A DNA stretch of 64,000 nucleotides from Felis catus (taxonomy: Eukaryota). The notes beneath the pieces are model-generated. The model worked only from the letters and a program-made list of their open reading frames with translations. It was not told the DNA's origin and did not search any database. Numbering within the stretch: position 1 is the stretch's first letter; each line of letters begins with the position of its first letter. Positions 61,554 to 64,000 of this stretch are shown here, piece after piece. Position numbers and translations under genes: made by a program. Location: the NCBI RefSeq assembly GCF_018350175.1, contig NC_058368.1, positions 15,874,001-15,938,000 of the forward strand. Direction: 5' to 3'.

Positions 61554-63110
61554 TGTGTTTTCTGGCTAGCTTAACTGCCAATACTGGATGCAGGCTCTCT
61601 ATGATACAGAAAGATTTTTCCCTTGTGAACATGGCAGGTTGGACTTGCTGAGGAATGAACAACTCCTGGGAGCTGCTTTCAACAAGTGACTGAGAAAAAT
61701 AAGTATATAAATATTCCAGCTTCTTTGGCCTTCAGGTCAAATAATTCTGATGCATATATTTTATATCATTTCCAAGATATTCCCCAAAGCATTAAACTCC
61801 AGTTACCCTCTGTGATACTTAGTCTCATCTTCCCTATCTCACATTCTCCCCCACCCCTTATTTACTGCAACTCCAAAATAAAGATTTGCATTTGATTATT
61901 TTTTTTGGGGGTCTGCTTGTGAAAGGCGGAGAATCCCAAACTAAGGCAATTTCTGCCAGAAATTATACTACAAGGCAGATTTTCAAGATGGATTCTAGAA
62001 TAGGACCTCTTGACCTTAAGATTACGTAAAAGACTCCATAGCTAGTGTTAGGTAGGGTGGACTTAAACTCTGGCATGTTGTAGTATTATAATCACTAAGA
62101 TTCGTCTTTTGGGGAATTGGGATAGGATGAGGCACAGGGTAATGCACCGTCTTATGCAGTATATCTGGAATTTGAGAGATGGTGGGATTGGTAATTATAA
62201 GGACTGTGGATATAGTCACTTGCTGTTAAATGGGCACTGATGTGCTGAAAACACAAAACCACACACTCAAACTAGCCAGTCCTGAACCATGGGAGTTGTG
62301 TGAAAGCCAGAAAATCTCTTTGACAGTATTTAAGGAAGCTCTCATTTTCTAAAGCTAGAGGATAGCCTGTATTGAAAATTAATCTCAGGATTCTGATTCT
62401 CCTGTAGTAGAATTACAAAGAAGGCTGAATAGCAGCTCTGGCAAGTCTCTTTCTAAAATTAGTAACCCAAAAAGAGTGGGACCATGATATCTAGAATGGA
62501 TTGACTTGAGAATCTTGAACTTCTTTAAGATCTTCATGAATTCTTGAGCTTGCAGAAATACCTACTGAATTTATCTTCAAGATATCCTTGAACTCCTGGG
62601 CCTGCAGAAGTTACTGATTCCTCTTATCAGAAGATAGTAGTCACCTCCACTCCCAATTCTGTCTTGCCTGGACACTATACAGAATCCTTACCTGAGGCAG
62701 ATGTTTCACAAGTATACTTACCTGAAGATTGGCTCCAACTGTCCCTAAAGTGTGTAAGCCAATAACTAGGCTCATCCTCAGCGTAGCCCAGTTAGGGAAG
62801 TACTGTCTCTGACTGGGAAGAAAGGTACTATTCACCAGAAGAGTTGCAGGATCTACATAGAAATATATTATTAATGTGCCTAGAAATCAATCTTGAAAGT
62901 GCTGTGCCAGGAGTTACGAAATATGTCTGGATAAGGAAGAGTTTACTGATATGAATGTTCTCACATGGCTCAGGATTTAACATCCTGTCAAGGACACCAG
63001 GAATCAGTTATAATCTTCTATTTGGATGGTAGAGATGCTGGAAGTGCCTTGGCAAAGTACTGAAGGAGGAGTTAAGAGACTTAGAGAGGTGGGCATGTTA
63101 GATGGGTTTT
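61554..63110 (+). mobile_element. ERVL relic: LTR16-like LTR (to ~61949) plus ERV3-16A3/HERV16-like internal leader-gag
   Basis: LTR end aataaagatttgca...ggtctgctt...cccaaactaaggca followed by internal-like sequence (agaattacaaagaaggctgaat; aaaagagtgggacc). Confidence 0.6.
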
Positions 63111-63111
63111 A

Positions 63112-64000
63112 AAGTCCTGGCTTTACATGGTTCCAATATGCATGAATTTATGTTAGTTCTGTTAAAAACCAGTGCTCCAACCACACAGTTCAAATTTCAG
63201 TTATCAAGGTATATTAACTGTGATTAATTCCATAGAGTACAAACTTTGCTTCTATCTAGTCAGTGCACAGAGCACTTCATAAATAACAGATTCACATCAT
63301 GATCAAGGACAGCACCATTTTTTTTTTTTTGCAAAATCCAAAGATAATTGGCCACTGAACATCTTTTATTCAGTTTACGCCCAGATGACAAATGTATAGT
63401 TGTATTGTCTCTTTATCTCCCAGTAAGAAAGCCATGTAACATTTTATAAAAATGGATAACTGAAAGAGGGAGTTAGCCATTACAAGTACAGGAAAGAAAC
63501 TAAAGTGATAATGCAAGAAGTGAAATTCTAATTGAATGTAAATGGGGTTATAAAAGAAATAGCTGACTATGGGAATATTGACACTGCTGAGATTCCATAT
63601 GTGCCACAAGGAGCACTGAGTAATGTATAGAATGTTGAGTCGCTATATATTGTACACTTGAAACTAATATAACGTTGTATGTTAACCTCACTGGAATTAA
63701 AAAAAAAAACTTAATTAAAAAAAAGGGAGATCCCAGATGTGCAATCAGAGGAACTTAGTGAAGGCAAGTGACATACATGAGAAAATTGGTCATGACACAA
63801 AAGATGAAAACATCTAAGGAAGTGATGCTAGTGGAAAGCTTTATATTCATGGAATTCTCAGAGATATTTCATCACATTAAAAGTAGAAAGGATAAGATGC
63901 TAGAAGCTGATTCAAACTTAGAAAGTAGTATGACAGTTTGTCAAGGCATAAAAAGATGGTTGATTTATATCATTATCTATAAGACAGAAGAAGGTGACTA
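63112..64000 (+). mobile_element. MER82-like Tigger MITE, interrupted by short L1 3' end (63605-63725)
   Basis: ggttccaatatgcatgaattt...gttcaaatttcagttatcaaggtatattaactgtg; L1 tip flanked by gagat(t/c)cca(t/g)atgtgc. Confidence 0.75.

Overview
Repeat-dense, AT-rich, CpG-depleted mammalian DNA, almost certainly felid given the many SINEC_Fc-type CanSINEs. It is intergenic or deep-intronic. I see no intact protein-coding gene, RNA gene, CpG island or CRISPR array, and nearly all listed ORFs are L1/SINE/LTR fragments or chance. The window holds about 27 CanSINEs, seven substantial L1s (one near full length, 11.6-18.4 kb), several MaLR/ERVL/ERV1 LTRs, MIR/L2 relics and hAT/Tigger DNA transposons. 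Best candidate for something undescribed: a compact minus-strand chain of small exon-like segments at 32.2-33.5 kb with mostly canonical splice sites, three ~92-100 nt introns and compatible phases but in-frame stops, possibly a decayed unitary pseudogene that I cannot name. Also notable are unusual retrotransposition products: a TSD-flanked, 5'-inverted L1 with no 3' end, a chimeric L1 with two 3'UTRs and a captured 3'UTR-like insert, and serial reuse of single target sites. Repeat family names come from recalled consensus resemblance, not a database search; boundaries are approximate.
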